In this document: piece after piece, positions 25,103 through 34,962 of the stretch | Position numbering within the stretch: position 1 is the first letter of the stretch | Layout: the number at the start of each line of letters is the position of its first letter | DNA from: Actinomycetota bacterium | GTDB lineage: Bacteria > Actinomycetota > Acidimicrobiia > Acidimicrobiales > JAJPHE01 | Length of the DNA stretch: 64,000 nt | Direction of reading: 5' to 3' | NCBI GenBank assembly: GCA_027315345.1 | Contig: DAHUYE010000090.1 | Coordinates: forward strand, 112,241 to 176,240 | Notes under the pieces: model-generated | Told to the model about the DNA's origin: nothing | The model's database searches: none | What the model saw: only the letters and a program-made list of their open reading frames with translations | Made by a program: the position numbers and the translations under genes

Positions 25103-26178
25103 CCGCTCACCTCCACCACTCTGACACCGGGCCCGGCGGCGCGCACTTCCGCCCGGCGGGCTTTGAGGGCGAGGACCCCGGCCACGCTCCAACCGACCAG
25201 TAGTGGCAGCCAGAAACTCAGCACCCGGTAGACCAGAACGGCGGCCACGGTGGACGCCTCCGCCCCTCCGTAGGCCACCAGACCGATGGTCAGGCTGCCC
25301 TCGACCACTCCCAACCCCCCCGGGGTGATGGGCAGGTTGGAGGCCAGCTGGGCCGCCCCGTAGGCGAGCAGGATGCCCCGCCACGGCACGGCGGCGTCAA
25401 CGGCCAGAAAGGCGAAGATCAGGCAGGAGAGGTCAAAGCCCCAGTTCCCCAAAGCCCACCCGAAGGCCGCGGACAGCCCCGACCAGCTCGGGGTGACCAC
25501 GTCCAGGCGGGAACGAACCATCTCGGCCACCTGGTCGGGCTCGGAACGGGGGAAGCCGAACAGGCGACGGGAGACGCGGCTGGCGGCGGCGGCCGGAAGG
25601 GCGACCCGAGCGGGCCGGCGCAGCAGCTCCACCAGCGCCATGGCCACCACTACCGTTCCCAGCGTCACGCCGAAGAGATCCAGGTCGGTGCTCTGGTCGA
25701 GGGCGGCGGCCACGCCGACGGCGGCCATGGCCGCCAGAGAGGCGGCGGCCAGCACCCCCGAAGCGAACATGGCCCAGCCGGCCACTATCTCCGGGACCCC
25801 GAGCTCCCGCATACGCCGGTAGGAGTAGGCGGCGCCGAAGGCGGGCCCGGCCGGGAGTGAGTTGGCGATGGCGTTGGAGGCCAGACTGATGGCGAGAACC
25901 GGGCCGGGCCGGAGGGGATGATGTCCCTCGCTCAGGAGCCGGCCCAGGGTGCGGGCGAAGCACACCATGGAGACGGCCTCTACCAGCAACGACGGGCCGA
26001 GCCACCAGAGGCGGATGTGCCGGAACGACTCAGCCGATCCCGAGAGTTCACCCTTGCGCCCCAGCAGCACGACCACGGCCAGGGCAGCCAGGCCCAGTCC
26101 GATGACGAACCGGGCCATGCGCATGGCCATCCTCAGGCGCGGATCGGTCGGGGAGATGACTGCCTTCAACGCCCGCAC
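25099..26178 (-). CDS. UPF0104 / lysylphosphatidylglycerol-synthase-TM-region-like flippase-type membrane protein
   Basis: Multiple TM helices. Conserved LPITPGGLGVVEG motif near the C-terminus. The true start may be one of the internal Met residues (residues 17-21). Confidence 0.75.
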   Translation of the reverse strand: MRALKAVISPTDPRLRMAMRMARFVIGLGLAALAVVVLLGRKGELSGSAESFRHIRLWWLGPSLLVEAVSMVCFARTLGRLLSEGHHPLRPGPVLAISLASNAIANSLPAGPAFGAAYSYRRMRELGVPEIVAGWAMFASGVLAAASLAAMAAVGVAAALDQSTDLDLFGVTLGTVVVAMALVELLRRPARVALPAAAASRVSRRLFGFPRSEPDQVAEMVRSRLDVVTPSWSGLSAAFGWALGNWGFDLSCLIFAFLAVDAAVPWRGILLAYGAAQLASNLPITPGGLGVVEGSLTIGLVAYGGAEASTVAAVLVYRVLSFWLPLLVGWSVAGVLALKARRAEVRAAGPGVRVVEVSG

Positions 26179-26206
26179 GGCCCCCGCCGTCGCGCCGCGC
26201 CCGGAG

Positions 26207-26977
26207 TCAGGTGTTCTGGACAGTGAGGCCGCCGTCTACCGCCAGAGCCGCGCCGTTGATGTAGGAAGCCGCCGGCAGTACCAGCGACGCGATGGCGTGG
26301 GCGACCTCCTCGGGGTCCCCGTAACGGCGCAGGGGGACCCGGCGCCGGGCGAAGCGTTCCTTGGCCTCGTCCGGGATGATGGCCGTCATGCCGGTATGGA
26401 TCGGCCCGGGGCACACGCAGTTGACCGTCACGCCCCGCCGGCCGAGTTCGACGGCCAGGGATCGGGTCAGCCCGATGACGCCGTGCTTGCTGGCCGTGTA
26501 GGCGGATATGAAACCGCTGGCCCCCAGTCCCTCGGTGGAAGCGACATTGACCACCCTGCCCTCCCCGGCCCGGGTCAGGTCGTCCAGGCAGAGCCTCACC
26601 ATGCGGGCATAGGCGGTGAGGTTCACGGCCAAGGTGGCTTCCCAGGCGGCGTCGAAATCAGGGGCGTCTATGGGAGCCGGCAGGCTGACCCCGGCGTTGT
26701 TGATCAGGATATCCACCCGACCCAGCTGCCCGGTGGCCTCGGTCACCGCCGCCGCGCAGGCGTCGGCATCGGTCACGTCCAGTTGCCAACCCGCGGCCGT
26801 TCCCCCATCGGCCGCAATGACCGCGGCGGCATCGGCCACGGAGGCGGAACGGTCCAACAGGCCCACCCGGGCGCCCAGATCCGACAGCACGAAGGCGGTG
26901 GCCCGGCCCATGCCGCCGGCGGCCCCGGTCACCAACGCCACCCGGCCCTCGAGGGTCCGGCTCAGCCTGCTCAGCAC
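26207..26977 (-). CDS. short-chain dehydrogenase/reductase (SDR)
   Basis: VALVTGAAGGMG, NNAGV and YTASKHGVIGLTRSLA. Start trimmed to GTG 26977 to give a typical ~256-aa SDR. Confidence 0.85.
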   Translation of the reverse strand: MLSRLSRTLEGRVALVTGAAGGMGRATAFVLSDLGARVGLLDRSASVADAAAVIAADGGTAAGWQLDVTDADACAAAVTEATGQLGRVDILINNAGVSLPAPIDAPDFDAAWEATLAVNLTAYARMVRLCLDDLTRAGEGRVVNVASTEGLGASGFISAYTASKHGVIGLTRSLAVELGRRGVTVNCVCPGPIHTGMTAIIPDEAKERFARRRVPLRRYGDPEEVAHAIASLVLPAASYINGAALAVDGGLTVQNT

Positions 26978-27005
26978 GACGGGTGACCCTATAAGGTCGG
27001 CGGGG

Positions 27006-28355
27006 ATGACGGCATCGCTGGTGCTGCGGGGAGGCGTCAAGGGATGCACCTCGGCCGCCGTCGAGCGTCTGGGCCGCAACGACGCGGTCGTGTTGAGGAT
27101 CGATGCCAGCCTGGCGGCGGGCAGCTTGACCCCCTCGGACAGCGAGACCATCGCCGTGGCCGCTGCCACCGCCCTGCGCCAGCGCCTGCCCCTGGTCGGC
27201 TACCTGGCCTCCGGGGGGGCATCGGTGGATCACGGCATCGAGGCCCTGCACGCCTGGGGCCGGGCCGCCCGGGAGCTGACCACCTGCTCCGGGATCGTCC
27301 CGGTCGTGCTGGTCTGTCAGGGGCCGGCCGTGTCCGGGCCGGCGCTGCTGCTGGGCCTGGCCGACGTGGTGGTCATGACCGCCGACAGCTACGCCTTCGT
27401 CTCGGGCCCGGCCATGGTCAGGGAGATGACCGGGGTGGACGTCGACCTCCAGCGCCTCGGCGGTGTCGATGTGCACGCCCGCCGGACCGGCGTGGCCGCC
27501 CTGGAGGCGGAGGACACCGATCACGCCGCCCAGTTGGTGGCGGACGTGTTGGACTTCCTCCCCCCTCATGCCGACGTGCTGCCGCCCCGGCGGCCGACAT
27601 CCGATCCGCCCGGCCGGCGCACCCCCGAACTGCGCGACGTCATCCCCGCCGCCGCCAACGGCTCCTATGACGTGCGGCGGATCCTGGCGGCGGTGATCGA
27701 CCAGGACCAGCCCCTGCTGGAGCTGCGACCCCGATGGGCCACCCAGATCGTCACGGCCCTGGCCCGCCTGGGCGGTAAGCCAGTGGGAATCGTGGCCAAC
27801 CAGCCCCAGTCCATGGCCGGCACCATCGACATCCCCGCCTCCCATAAGGCGGCCCGGTTCGTGACCTTCTGCGACTCCTTCGGTCTGCCGATCATCACCC
27901 TGGTGGACACGCCAGGATTCCTACCCGGTAAGGACCTGGAGTGGCGGGGCATGATCCGCCACGGTGCCCAGATGGCTTTCGCCTATGCCGAGGCCAGCGT
28001 TCCCCGCGTCTGCCTGTTGTTGCGCAAGGCCTACGGAGGCGCCTACATCGTCATGGACTGCCGGCCGATGGGTTCGGACCTGTGCCTGGCCTGGCCGTCG
28101 GCCGAGGTGGCCGTCATGGGGGCCAAGGGGGCGGTGCAGATCCTGCACCGGCGGGCCGGCCCGGCGGAGGCGGGCGAACTGGAGCTCGAGTACGAGGACA
28201 GCTACCTCAACCCGTGGATAGCCGCCGAACGCGGCCTCATCGATGACGTGATCGACCCGGCCCGAACCCGCGGGGCGCTGATCGGGGCCCTGGAGGAGAT
28301 CCGGGGCAAGCGAGAGCACGTGGGCGGGCGCAAGCACGCCAACGGTCCGCTTTGA
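27006..28355 (+). CDS. carboxyltransferase (acyl-CoA carboxylase beta-subunit family)
   Basis: GKPVGIVANQP, AARFVTFCDSFGLPIITLVDTPGFLPG and RKAYGGAYIVM. 449 aa from ATG 27006, which is short at the N-terminus for the family. Confidence 0.85.
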   Translation: MTASLVLRGGVKGCTSAAVERLGRNDAVVLRIDASLAAGSLTPSDSETIAVAAATALRQRLPLVGYLASGGASVDHGIEALHAWGRAARELTTCSGIVPVVLVCQGPAVSGPALLLGLADVVVMTADSYAFVSGPAMVREMTGVDVDLQRLGGVDVHARRTGVAALEAEDTDHAAQLVADVLDFLPPHADVLPPRRPTSDPPGRRTPELRDVIPAAANGSYDVRRILAAVIDQDQPLLELRPRWATQIVTALARLGGKPVGIVANQPQSMAGTIDIPASHKAARFVTFCDSFGLPIITLVDTPGFLPGKDLEWRGMIRHGAQMAFAYAEASVPRVCLLLRKAYGGAYIVMDCRPMGSDLCLAWPSAEVAVMGAKGAVQILHRRAGPAEAGELELEYEDSYLNPWIAAERGLIDDVIDPARTRGALIGALEEIRGKREHVGGRKHANGPL

Positions 28356-29236
28356 GCCCCGCCGCCCCCGTGGTTCTGGACCGGCTGGACCGCAGTGCCT
28401 CGGCCGACATCGCCGGGCTGTGCCGGCTGGCCCTCGGCCCCGACTCTCCCGAACCGGCGGACCTCGAGCAGGCCCTGTTCGCCACCGCCAACGCCGGTGA
28501 CTCCGTGGCGGTGGTCCGGGGCGATCCCTCTGTCGGGGTGGTGGCCAGCGTCATACGCCGGGGGGAAGGGCACATCAGGCTGCTGGCGGTCCACCCCGAG
28601 CACCGCCGGGCCGGCATCGGCGCCGCCCTGCTGGAAGCGGCCGAAGCCGACCTGTCCGGCGCCAGCCACGTATCAGTGGGGGCCGATGCGCCCGACTATC
28701 TCTTCCCCGGGGTGCCCACCCATCTGACCGAGATGTTCTGCCTGCTGGAGGCGGCCGGCTACCACCGTACCGAGACGCACCTCAATATGAGCGTCGAGCT
28801 GGGCCCGCTCCCCGCCGACCCGGGTGGGCCGGCCCTGGCCACCGAGGCGGAGGCCGACGAGGTCCGGACCTGGGCCGACCAGCACTGGGCCTGGTGGACC
28901 GATGAGGTCATGCGGGCCCTGGGCAAGGAGCGTCTGCTGATCAGCCGGGACGCCGAGGGGATCAACGGATTCTGCGCCTGGGACGTCAACCGGGCCGGCT
29001 GGCTCGGGCCGGTGGCCGTGCGTCCCAGCGCCATGGGGGGTCGGGTCGGGGTGCCGTTGCTGCTGGGCGCCCTCCACCGGATGAAAGCCGACGGCCGGAC
29101 CCGCGCCGAGATCGCCTGGATCAGCCCGGTGCGCTTCTATGTGCGCACGGTCGGGGCTCGCATGGGCACGGCCTTCGTCGTACACCGGCGCCGTATCGTC
29201 CCCCGTGAGAGCGGCAGTGGGGAGCCTGTGGAATGA
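28352..29236 (+). CDS. GNAT family N-acetyltransferase
   Basis: LLAVHPEHRRAGIGAALLEAAE acetyl-CoA binding motif. TTG 28352 overlaps the upstream stop; GTG 28371 is an alternative start. Confidence 0.7.
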   Translation: MSPAAPVVLDRLDRSASADIAGLCRLALGPDSPEPADLEQALFATANAGDSVAVVRGDPSVGVVASVIRRGEGHIRLLAVHPEHRRAGIGAALLEAAEADLSGASHVSVGADAPDYLFPGVPTHLTEMFCLLEAAGYHRTETHLNMSVELGPLPADPGGPALATEAEADEVRTWADQHWAWWTDEVMRALGKERLLISRDAEGINGFCAWDVNRAGWLGPVAVRPSAMGGRVGVPLLLGALHRMKADGRTRAEIAWISPVRFYVRTVGARMGTAFVVHRRRIVPRESGSGEPVE

Positions 29237-30975
29237 GCGATCCGAACCTGTTTCCGGCCCCGAGGCAGGTTGAGTTGGGCCGACAGCGGTTGGCCTGGTC
29301 CGAACCGACCACCGTTCTGGAGCCCGGCCACCGGGACGAGGGTTACCACCTGGTGGCCGGAACGGACGGCATCCGCCTGAGCGCCTCGGATGAGGCCGGC
29401 CTGGCCCGGGGCCGGGCCACCCTGGACCAGCTGGGCGGCCCCGACGGAGTGCCAGAGGCCGACATCACCGATTGGCCGGACTTCCCCGTCCGGGGCGTGA
29501 TGCTCGACATATCCCGGGACAAGGTTCCGAGCTTGTCCACCCTCAAGTCGATCATCGATCTGATGGCCGGCTGGAAGCTCAACCACCTGCAGCTCTACAT
29601 GGAACACACCTTCGCCTACGCCGGCCGTGAAGAGGTGTGGGGCCGGGCCAGCCCCTTTAACCCCGATGAGCTGGCCGAGCTGAATCTCTACGCCCGCCAA
29701 CACCACGTTGAGCTGGCCGCCAACCAGAACGCCTTGGGCCACATGGAGCGCTGGTTGTGCAAGGACCGCTATCGCCCTCTGGCCATCGCCCCCCAAGCCT
29801 ACCGCGACGAGAAGGGGCGGCCCCACTTCCCGAGCACCCTGGACCCCAGCAATCCAGGGTCCCTGGCCCTGGTGCGGTCGCTACTGGCCGAACTGCTGGT
29901 GAACTTCGACAGCCCCCTTGTCAACGTGGGCCTGGACGAGCCCTGGGAGCTCAGCGCCGACCGTTCGGCGGACTATGGCGCCTACATCTCGGCCCTGCGC
30001 TCCACCCCCGAGTTGGACGGACGCCAGATGCTCATCTGGGGTGACATCGTGGCCCAGCACCCTGAGCTGGTGGGAGGGATCCCCGAGGGGGTGACCGTGC
30101 TGGAGTGGGGCTACGAGGCCGACCACCCTTTCGACCAACGGGGCCGGGTGCTGGCCGGCGCCGGACTGCCCTTCTGGGTGTGTCCCGGGACATCCAGCTG
30201 GAACAGCCTGCTGGGCCGATGGACCAACGCCCGGGACAACTGCCTCAACGCCGCCCGGGCCGGACTGGCCCACGGGGCCGGGGGCTACCTGATCACCGAC
30301 TGGGGCGACGGGGGCCACCTCCAGCCCTGGCCGGTGAGCCTGCCCGGACTGGCCGCCGGGGCCGCCGCCAGCTGGAACACCGAAACGGCCCGGACCGCCG
30401 ACTACCAGGGCGCCCTGGCCGGGGCCAGTCTCGACGGCGCCCGGCTGGGCGAGGCGGGGGCCCGGGCCCTGCTGGCTCTGGGCGACGCCCACCTGGCCGT
30501 CGAGCCCCAGAGCCCCAACACCGCCTCGGTGCTGCTGCATCTCATCTGGCCCCATCTGCGGGTCGGGCAGCGCTCCACCCAGGGACTGGACCACGCCCAG
30601 CTGGACGCCTATGACGCCACCCTGGACCACGGCCTGGCGCTGGCCGGAGGGGCTGGAGGGGCCGGGGACGGCTCGGATCTGGCCGGCGCCCAGCTGCGGG
30701 CCGAGGTCGGCCTGATGGTGGCCATCGCCAAGCTCATGACCGAAGACGCCCGGGGCCGCCTGGAGGGGGACGGATCGCTGGGGTCCATCCCCGCCGATCA
30801 ACGGGAACGCCTGGCCGCCCGGGTGCCCGACCTGGTGGGCGAGCACCGCCGGCTGTGGCTGAGGCGCAACCGTCCCGGCGGGCTGGACGACAGCGCCGCC
30901 CGGCTCGAGCACCTGGCCACCTGTTACCGGACCGGGCGGGGCACTGCCTTTGTGCCGGCCTGGGTGATGCCGTGA
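29233..30975 (+). CDS. glycoside hydrolase family 20 (beta-N-acetylhexosaminidase-like)
   Basis: FPVRGVMLDISRDKV and KLNHLQLYMEHTF motifs. 580 aa. ATGA overlap with the GNAT gene. Confidence 0.85.
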   Translation: MSDPNLFPAPRQVELGRQRLAWSEPTTVLEPGHRDEGYHLVAGTDGIRLSASDEAGLARGRATLDQLGGPDGVPEADITDWPDFPVRGVMLDISRDKVPSLSTLKSIIDLMAGWKLNHLQLYMEHTFAYAGREEVWGRASPFNPDELAELNLYARQHHVELAANQNALGHMERWLCKDRYRPLAIAPQAYRDEKGRPHFPSTLDPSNPGSLALVRSLLAELLVNFDSPLVNVGLDEPWELSADRSADYGAYISALRSTPELDGRQMLIWGDIVAQHPELVGGIPEGVTVLEWGYEADHPFDQRGRVLAGAGLPFWVCPGTSSWNSLLGRWTNARDNCLNAARAGLAHGAGGYLITDWGDGGHLQPWPVSLPGLAAGAAASWNTETARTADYQGALAGASLDGARLGEAGARALLALGDAHLAVEPQSPNTASVLLHLIWPHLRVGQRSTQGLDHAQLDAYDATLDHGLALAGGAGGAGDGSDLAGAQLRAEVGLMVAIAKLMTEDARGRLEGDGSLGSIPADQRERLAARVPDLVGEHRRLWLRRNRPGGLDDSAARLEHLATCYRTGRGTAFVPAWVMP

Positions 30976-31044
30976 TCCCGATCCGGGCCCTCACCGCCGC
31001 CGATGTCGGGCCCGCCGACGCCATGCTCTTGCAGCCCCGGAGCC

Positions 31045-31722
31045 TCAGCCCGGGCTGGTGACCAGGTCGGGGCGGAGGCGGTAACCCTGGCCTCGGAGGT
31101 TCTCGATGACGCCGTCGCCCAGCTTGCGGCGCAGGTAGAGGACGTAAACCTCCAGCTTCTTGGAACCCGGGTCGCCCTCCTCGCCCCACACCGCCTCCAG
31201 GAGGGCCTGGCGGGAGAGGACATCGCCCTGGTGGCGGAAGAGGACCTCGGCCAGGGCGAACTCCCGTCCCGGTAGTTCGATCACCTCATCGCCCAGGGTG
31301 ACGGTGTGGCGGTGCAGGTCCAGGATCAGGGGGCCGGCCGTGATGGTCGACTCGATCTCATCGGCCTGGCGCAGGCGGAGGCGGGTCCGGGCCAGTAACT
31401 CCTCGAAGCTGAAGGGCTTCTTCATGTAGTCATCGGCCCCACCCTCCAGGCCGGCCACGGTGGTGTCGACCTCGTCCCGGGCGGTGAGGATGATGACCGG
31501 CATCTTCTCGCCCCGGGCCCGGATGTCGGAGAGCACCTCCAGGCCGCTGCGCTCCGGCAGGCCCAGGTCGAGCACCATGAGGTCGAAGTCGGCGTCGCGG
31601 GCCAGCTCGACGGCCTGCAGGCCGTCCTCGACCACCTCGGTGGAGTACCCGTTGGCCTCGAAGCCCTTCCGCAGGAAGGATGCGATCCGGTCCTCGTCTT
31701 CGGCGATGAGAATCCTGGTCAT
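31045..31722 (-). CDS. OmpR-family two-component response regulator
   Basis: Receiver domain (ILIAEDE, DLMVLDLGLP, DDYMKKPF) plus a winged-helix C-terminus. ATGA overlap with the kinase gene. Confidence 0.92.
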   Translation of the reverse strand: MTRILIAEDEDRIASFLRKGFEANGYSTEVVEDGLQAVELARDADFDLMVLDLGLPERSGLEVLSDIRARGEKMPVIILTARDEVDTTVAGLEGGADDYMKKPFSFEELLARTRLRLRQADEIESTITAGPLILDLHRHTVTLGDEVIELPGREFALAEVLFRHQGDVLSRQALLEAVWGEEGDPGSKKLEVYVLYLRRKLGDGVIENLRGQGYRLRPDLVTSPG

Positions 31723-33260
31723 TGCCTCTCCTCCGTAGCCGGCTGTTGCGGTAACACCAAGGTGAAGGTAGACCCCTCGCCCGGGGCGCTGGCCACCTCG
31801 ACCGTACCCCGGTGGGCCTCGGCTATCGCCTGGACGATGGCAAGGCCCAGGCCGGCGCCGGAGGAGCGGCGACGCTCGTTGCGGCCCCGGGCGAAGCGGT
31901 CGAACATCCGGGCCTGATCGGCCCTGGGGATGCCGGAGCCGGTATCGGTCACCCAGATCCGGTAGTCCCGCCGTCCCACATCCAGGCCCAGGGTGATGCA
32001 GTCCTCCGGCCCGGTGTGGGCCACGGCGTTGTCCACCAGGTTCATGACGGCCTGGGTCAGGCGCTCCCGGTCAGCCATAGTGGTGGCCTGCCCGTTGATC
32101 TGGCTGCTCCAGTCCCGCGGGCCCAGGGCGATGACCTTGGCCATCAGCTCATTGACCAGGTCGGCCAGGTTGACCGGACGCAGGACGAGGAAGTCGGGCC
32201 GCTCCGCCTTGGCCAGCAGCAGAAGGTCCTCAACCATGCGGGTCATCCGGCCCAGCTCATCGTTGACCAGGGCCAGGGTCTGGGCCCGGTCGGCGGGGTC
32301 GACGCCCATGAGCTCGAGGTGGCCCCGAATGACCGTGATCGGAGTCCGCAACTCATGGCCGGCGTCGCTGACGAACTCCCGCTGGCTCATCATGGCCGAC
32401 TGCAGACGGTCGAGCATGGAGTTGAAGGCACCGGCCAGGGCCGAGATCTCATCATCGCCTGTGGGCGGGATCCGCCGGGTGAGGTCGGTTTCCCCGATGG
32501 ACAGGGCGGCCTCGGTCATGAGGCGAACCGGAGCCAGCACCCGCCCGGCCACCCCCCAGCCGATCAGGGTCATGGCCAGGAGAATGGTCAAGGAGACGGC
32601 GGCGGCCACGCCGACGTCGCCGTTCACCTCGCCCTCCAAGGTCCGGGTGAAGGCGGCGGCCACGAAGGTTCCCGAAGGGGACCCGGGCTGGGCCACCGGG
32701 ACGATGATGTAGCGGGCCGGGCCGGCCGGCGTCTGGACCGTCCCAAGCTGGGAGTCGTTGGCCGACGCCGCCATCTTCACGAAGCCGGGCAGGTTCTGGA
32801 GGGGGTAAGCGGCGTCGGCGGTGGACTGGTAGGTCCGGCCGTCGATGAGGGTGAGCAGCTCACCGTCCGGGCCCGGCACATGGGACTTGATGTAGGAGCT
32901 GAACAGGGCCGTGACCGAGCGGGGGTTGCCCCCGCTCGGGTTGGCCTCCCGTTCCAGAGCGGCGGCGTCGACCTGGAGCTGGGTGTCGGTGCGGTGGCCC
33001 AGGCGGATGAGCAGGACCTGGCGCTCGACCAGGAGAGAGGCGGCTATGGCCACCACCATCATGACCACGAACCAGCCCAGGATCCGTACCCGGGCACTGC
33101 GGCGCATGCTGGCCAGCCACCGGACCGGGGCCGGCAGGGGCAGGCCGACGGGCTGCGGGCTCAGCCCAGGGGCGGCTTGCTCCGAGGCCCTGTCCCCGTC
33201 CCCGGGGTCAGCGACCTCCGGGGGTGACCACGGACCGTCAGTGGTGAGTGGACGGGCCAT
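31719..33260 (-). CDS. sensor histidine kinase (TM-HAMP-HisKA-HATPase)
   Basis: H-box FVSDAGHELRTP, N-box NLVDNAVAHT, and G-boxes DTGSGI and GAGLGLAIV. Confidence 0.9.
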   Translation of the reverse strand: MARPLTTDGPWSPPEVADPGDGDRASEQAAPGLSPQPVGLPLPAPVRWLASMRRSARVRILGWFVVMMVVAIAASLLVERQVLLIRLGHRTDTQLQVDAAALEREANPSGGNPRSVTALFSSYIKSHVPGPDGELLTLIDGRTYQSTADAAYPLQNLPGFVKMAASANDSQLGTVQTPAGPARYIIVPVAQPGSPSGTFVAAAFTRTLEGEVNGDVGVAAAVSLTILLAMTLIGWGVAGRVLAPVRLMTEAALSIGETDLTRRIPPTGDDEISALAGAFNSMLDRLQSAMMSQREFVSDAGHELRTPITVIRGHLELMGVDPADRAQTLALVNDELGRMTRMVEDLLLLAKAERPDFLVLRPVNLADLVNELMAKVIALGPRDWSSQINGQATTMADRERLTQAVMNLVDNAVAHTGPEDCITLGLDVGRRDYRIWVTDTGSGIPRADQARMFDRFARGRNERRRSSGAGLGLAIVQAIAEAHRGTVEVASAPGEGSTFTLVLPQQPATEERQ

Positions 33261-34098
33261 TCAGTCCGTCCGTTTCTGCCCATAAACGATGGCCGCCACC
33301 CTGGGTCTTCCGAGCCGAATTGAACCGGCTCTGCGCGACGGTAGCCCGGGCAGACGGATTGCCGACGCGAACCGCCCGGGCGGCGGCGGCGGCCAGGTGG
33401 GTCCGGGCCCGGGCCCGCGCCACCGCCAGGGGCGCCACCAAGGGCCGGGGGGTCACGAAGTTCAAGCTGCGGACGGTGTTCACCTTGGCCACCCTGGGCC
33501 CGGCCACCGGCGGAGTGGTGCTGGGCAGGGCCAGGGCCGGCGTGGCCAGGGACTGGGCTACGACCCCACCGGTGGCGGGGCTGAGCGGGCCGACCACGGT
33601 GACAGGATTGCCAGCGGCGGCCTGGGCGGCACCGGCAGCCTCAGTGGCGGCGGTCTGGGCGGCGGAGGTCAGACCCGCCACAGCCCGGTGGACCAGGGCC
33701 GGAAGAGGGCCGGCGGCCAGGATGGCACGGCCCGGCAAGGCGGAAGCGGGGGCGGAGGCGCCCAGCACGGGGGTCGGACCGGCGGTCGAGGGGTGGGTCG
33801 TGGCCGGCGAGCTGGGGCCGGAGTCCCGGAGTGGGGCGGCCGGGGCCGCCTTGGGAGCGGCGGGGCGCAGGGTGATGACGGGGGCGACGCTGACCGAGGG
33901 GTTGGGCGCCGACCTCATCGACTGCATGACGAAGGCGGTGGAGCCGGCCACCGAGCCGAGTACGGCTATGGCCCCGGCCAGGGTCGCCACCAGGGCGCGG
34001 CCTCCCTGCGGGCCCAGTCCGGGCTCGGCTGCAGACAGGCCGGAGAGTCGGCGGCGGGGCGGGGAGGCGCCAGCATGGCGTGATCGGTTCAGGGTCAT
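33238..34098 (-). CDS. Ala/Pro-rich membrane-anchored hypothetical protein
   Basis: One TM helix (ALVATLAGAIAVLGSVAGSTAFVM). I read the codons by hand and third positions are overwhelmingly G/C on this strand. The gene overlaps the kinase start by 23 bp. Confidence 0.5.
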   Translation of the reverse strand: MTLNRSRHAGASPPRRRLSGLSAAEPGLGPQGGRALVATLAGAIAVLGSVAGSTAFVMQSMRSAPNPSVSVAPVITLRPAAPKAAPAAPLRDSGPSSPATTHPSTAGPTPVLGASAPASALPGRAILAAGPLPALVHRAVAGLTSAAQTAATEAAGAAQAAAGNPVTVVGPLSPATGGVVAQSLATPALALPSTTPPVAGPRVAKVNTVRSLNFVTPRPLVAPLAVARARARTHLAAAAARAVRVGNPSARATVAQSRFNSARKTQGGGHRLWAETDGLNGPSTHH

Positions 34099-34189
34099 GG
34101 TTTGTTCGCCCTTAACTTTCGCCGCCGGGGCGGCCGACTCCTGCCCACATGAGCGCCGGCTTGCCTTGGCGGCCCGCGCCCCCGAGGCT

Positions 34190-34951
34190 GTGAGGGTGAG
34201 CGCTTCCGCAGTGGGCTACCTGGCCGCCTTCGGTGGAGGGATCGTCAGCTTCGCCAGCCCCTGCGTCCTGCCCCTGGTCCCCGCTTACCTCTCGGTGGTC
34301 ACCGGGCTCGACATCGAGGAGATCCAGAAGGGTTCCGGGGAGCACCTCGGCCGGATAGCCAGGGACACGGGCCTGTTCGTGGCCGGTTTCGCGGCCGTGT
34401 TCGTGCTGCTGGGCATGAGCGCATCCGCCATCGGGGAGGCGACCCTGCGCGATCACCTACTCCTGACCCGCATCACCGGAGCCATGGTCCTGGCCATGGG
34501 GTTGTTCCTGGCCGGCTCCCTTGTCCTGCGCACCCCCCGCCTGTACGGAGAGGCCCGCTTCCACGTGGCGCTGTCCCGGTTGGGACCCCTGGCCGCCCCG
34601 GTGGCCGGAGTGGCGTTCGGCTTCGGCTGGACTCCCTGCATAGGCCCCGTGCTGGCCTCGGTGCTGGCGGTGGCGGCCACCCGGGCCCAGACCACCCAGG
34701 GGGCGCTGCTCCTCCTCGTCTACTCGGCCGGCCTGGCCGTCCCCTTCATGGCCTCCGGCCTGGCCCTGGGCCGTCTGGCCGGGGCCTTCGGGTGGGTGCG
34801 GCGGCACTTCCGGGCCCTGACCATCGTCTCCGCCCTGGTCCTGACGGCCTTTGGAATCCTGCTCACCGCTAACCGTCTGACCTGGGTGACCGCCGAGCTT
34901 TCCACGGGGCTGCGGGCCATAGGGCTCGGCCGGCTGATCACCCTGGGCTGA
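34190..34951 (+). CDS. ccdA: cytochrome c biogenesis / thiol-disulfide transfer protein CcdA (DsbD family)
   Basis: SFASPCVLPLVPAYL and FGWTPCIGPVL motifs. Start at GTG 34190 or 34196, because the upstream part of the track ORF is antisense to the previous gene. Confidence 0.85.
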   Translation: MRVSASAVGYLAAFGGGIVSFASPCVLPLVPAYLSVVTGLDIEEIQKGSGEHLGRIARDTGLFVAGFAAVFVLLGMSASAIGEATLRDHLLLTRITGAMVLAMGLFLAGSLVLRTPRLYGEARFHVALSRLGPLAAPVAGVAFGFGWTPCIGPVLASVLAVAATRAQTTQGALLLLVYSAGLAVPFMASGLALGRLAGAFGWVRRHFRALTIVSALVLTAFGILLTANRLTWVTAELSTGLRAIGLGRLITLG

Positions 34952-34962
34952 GCGGGCCCGGC

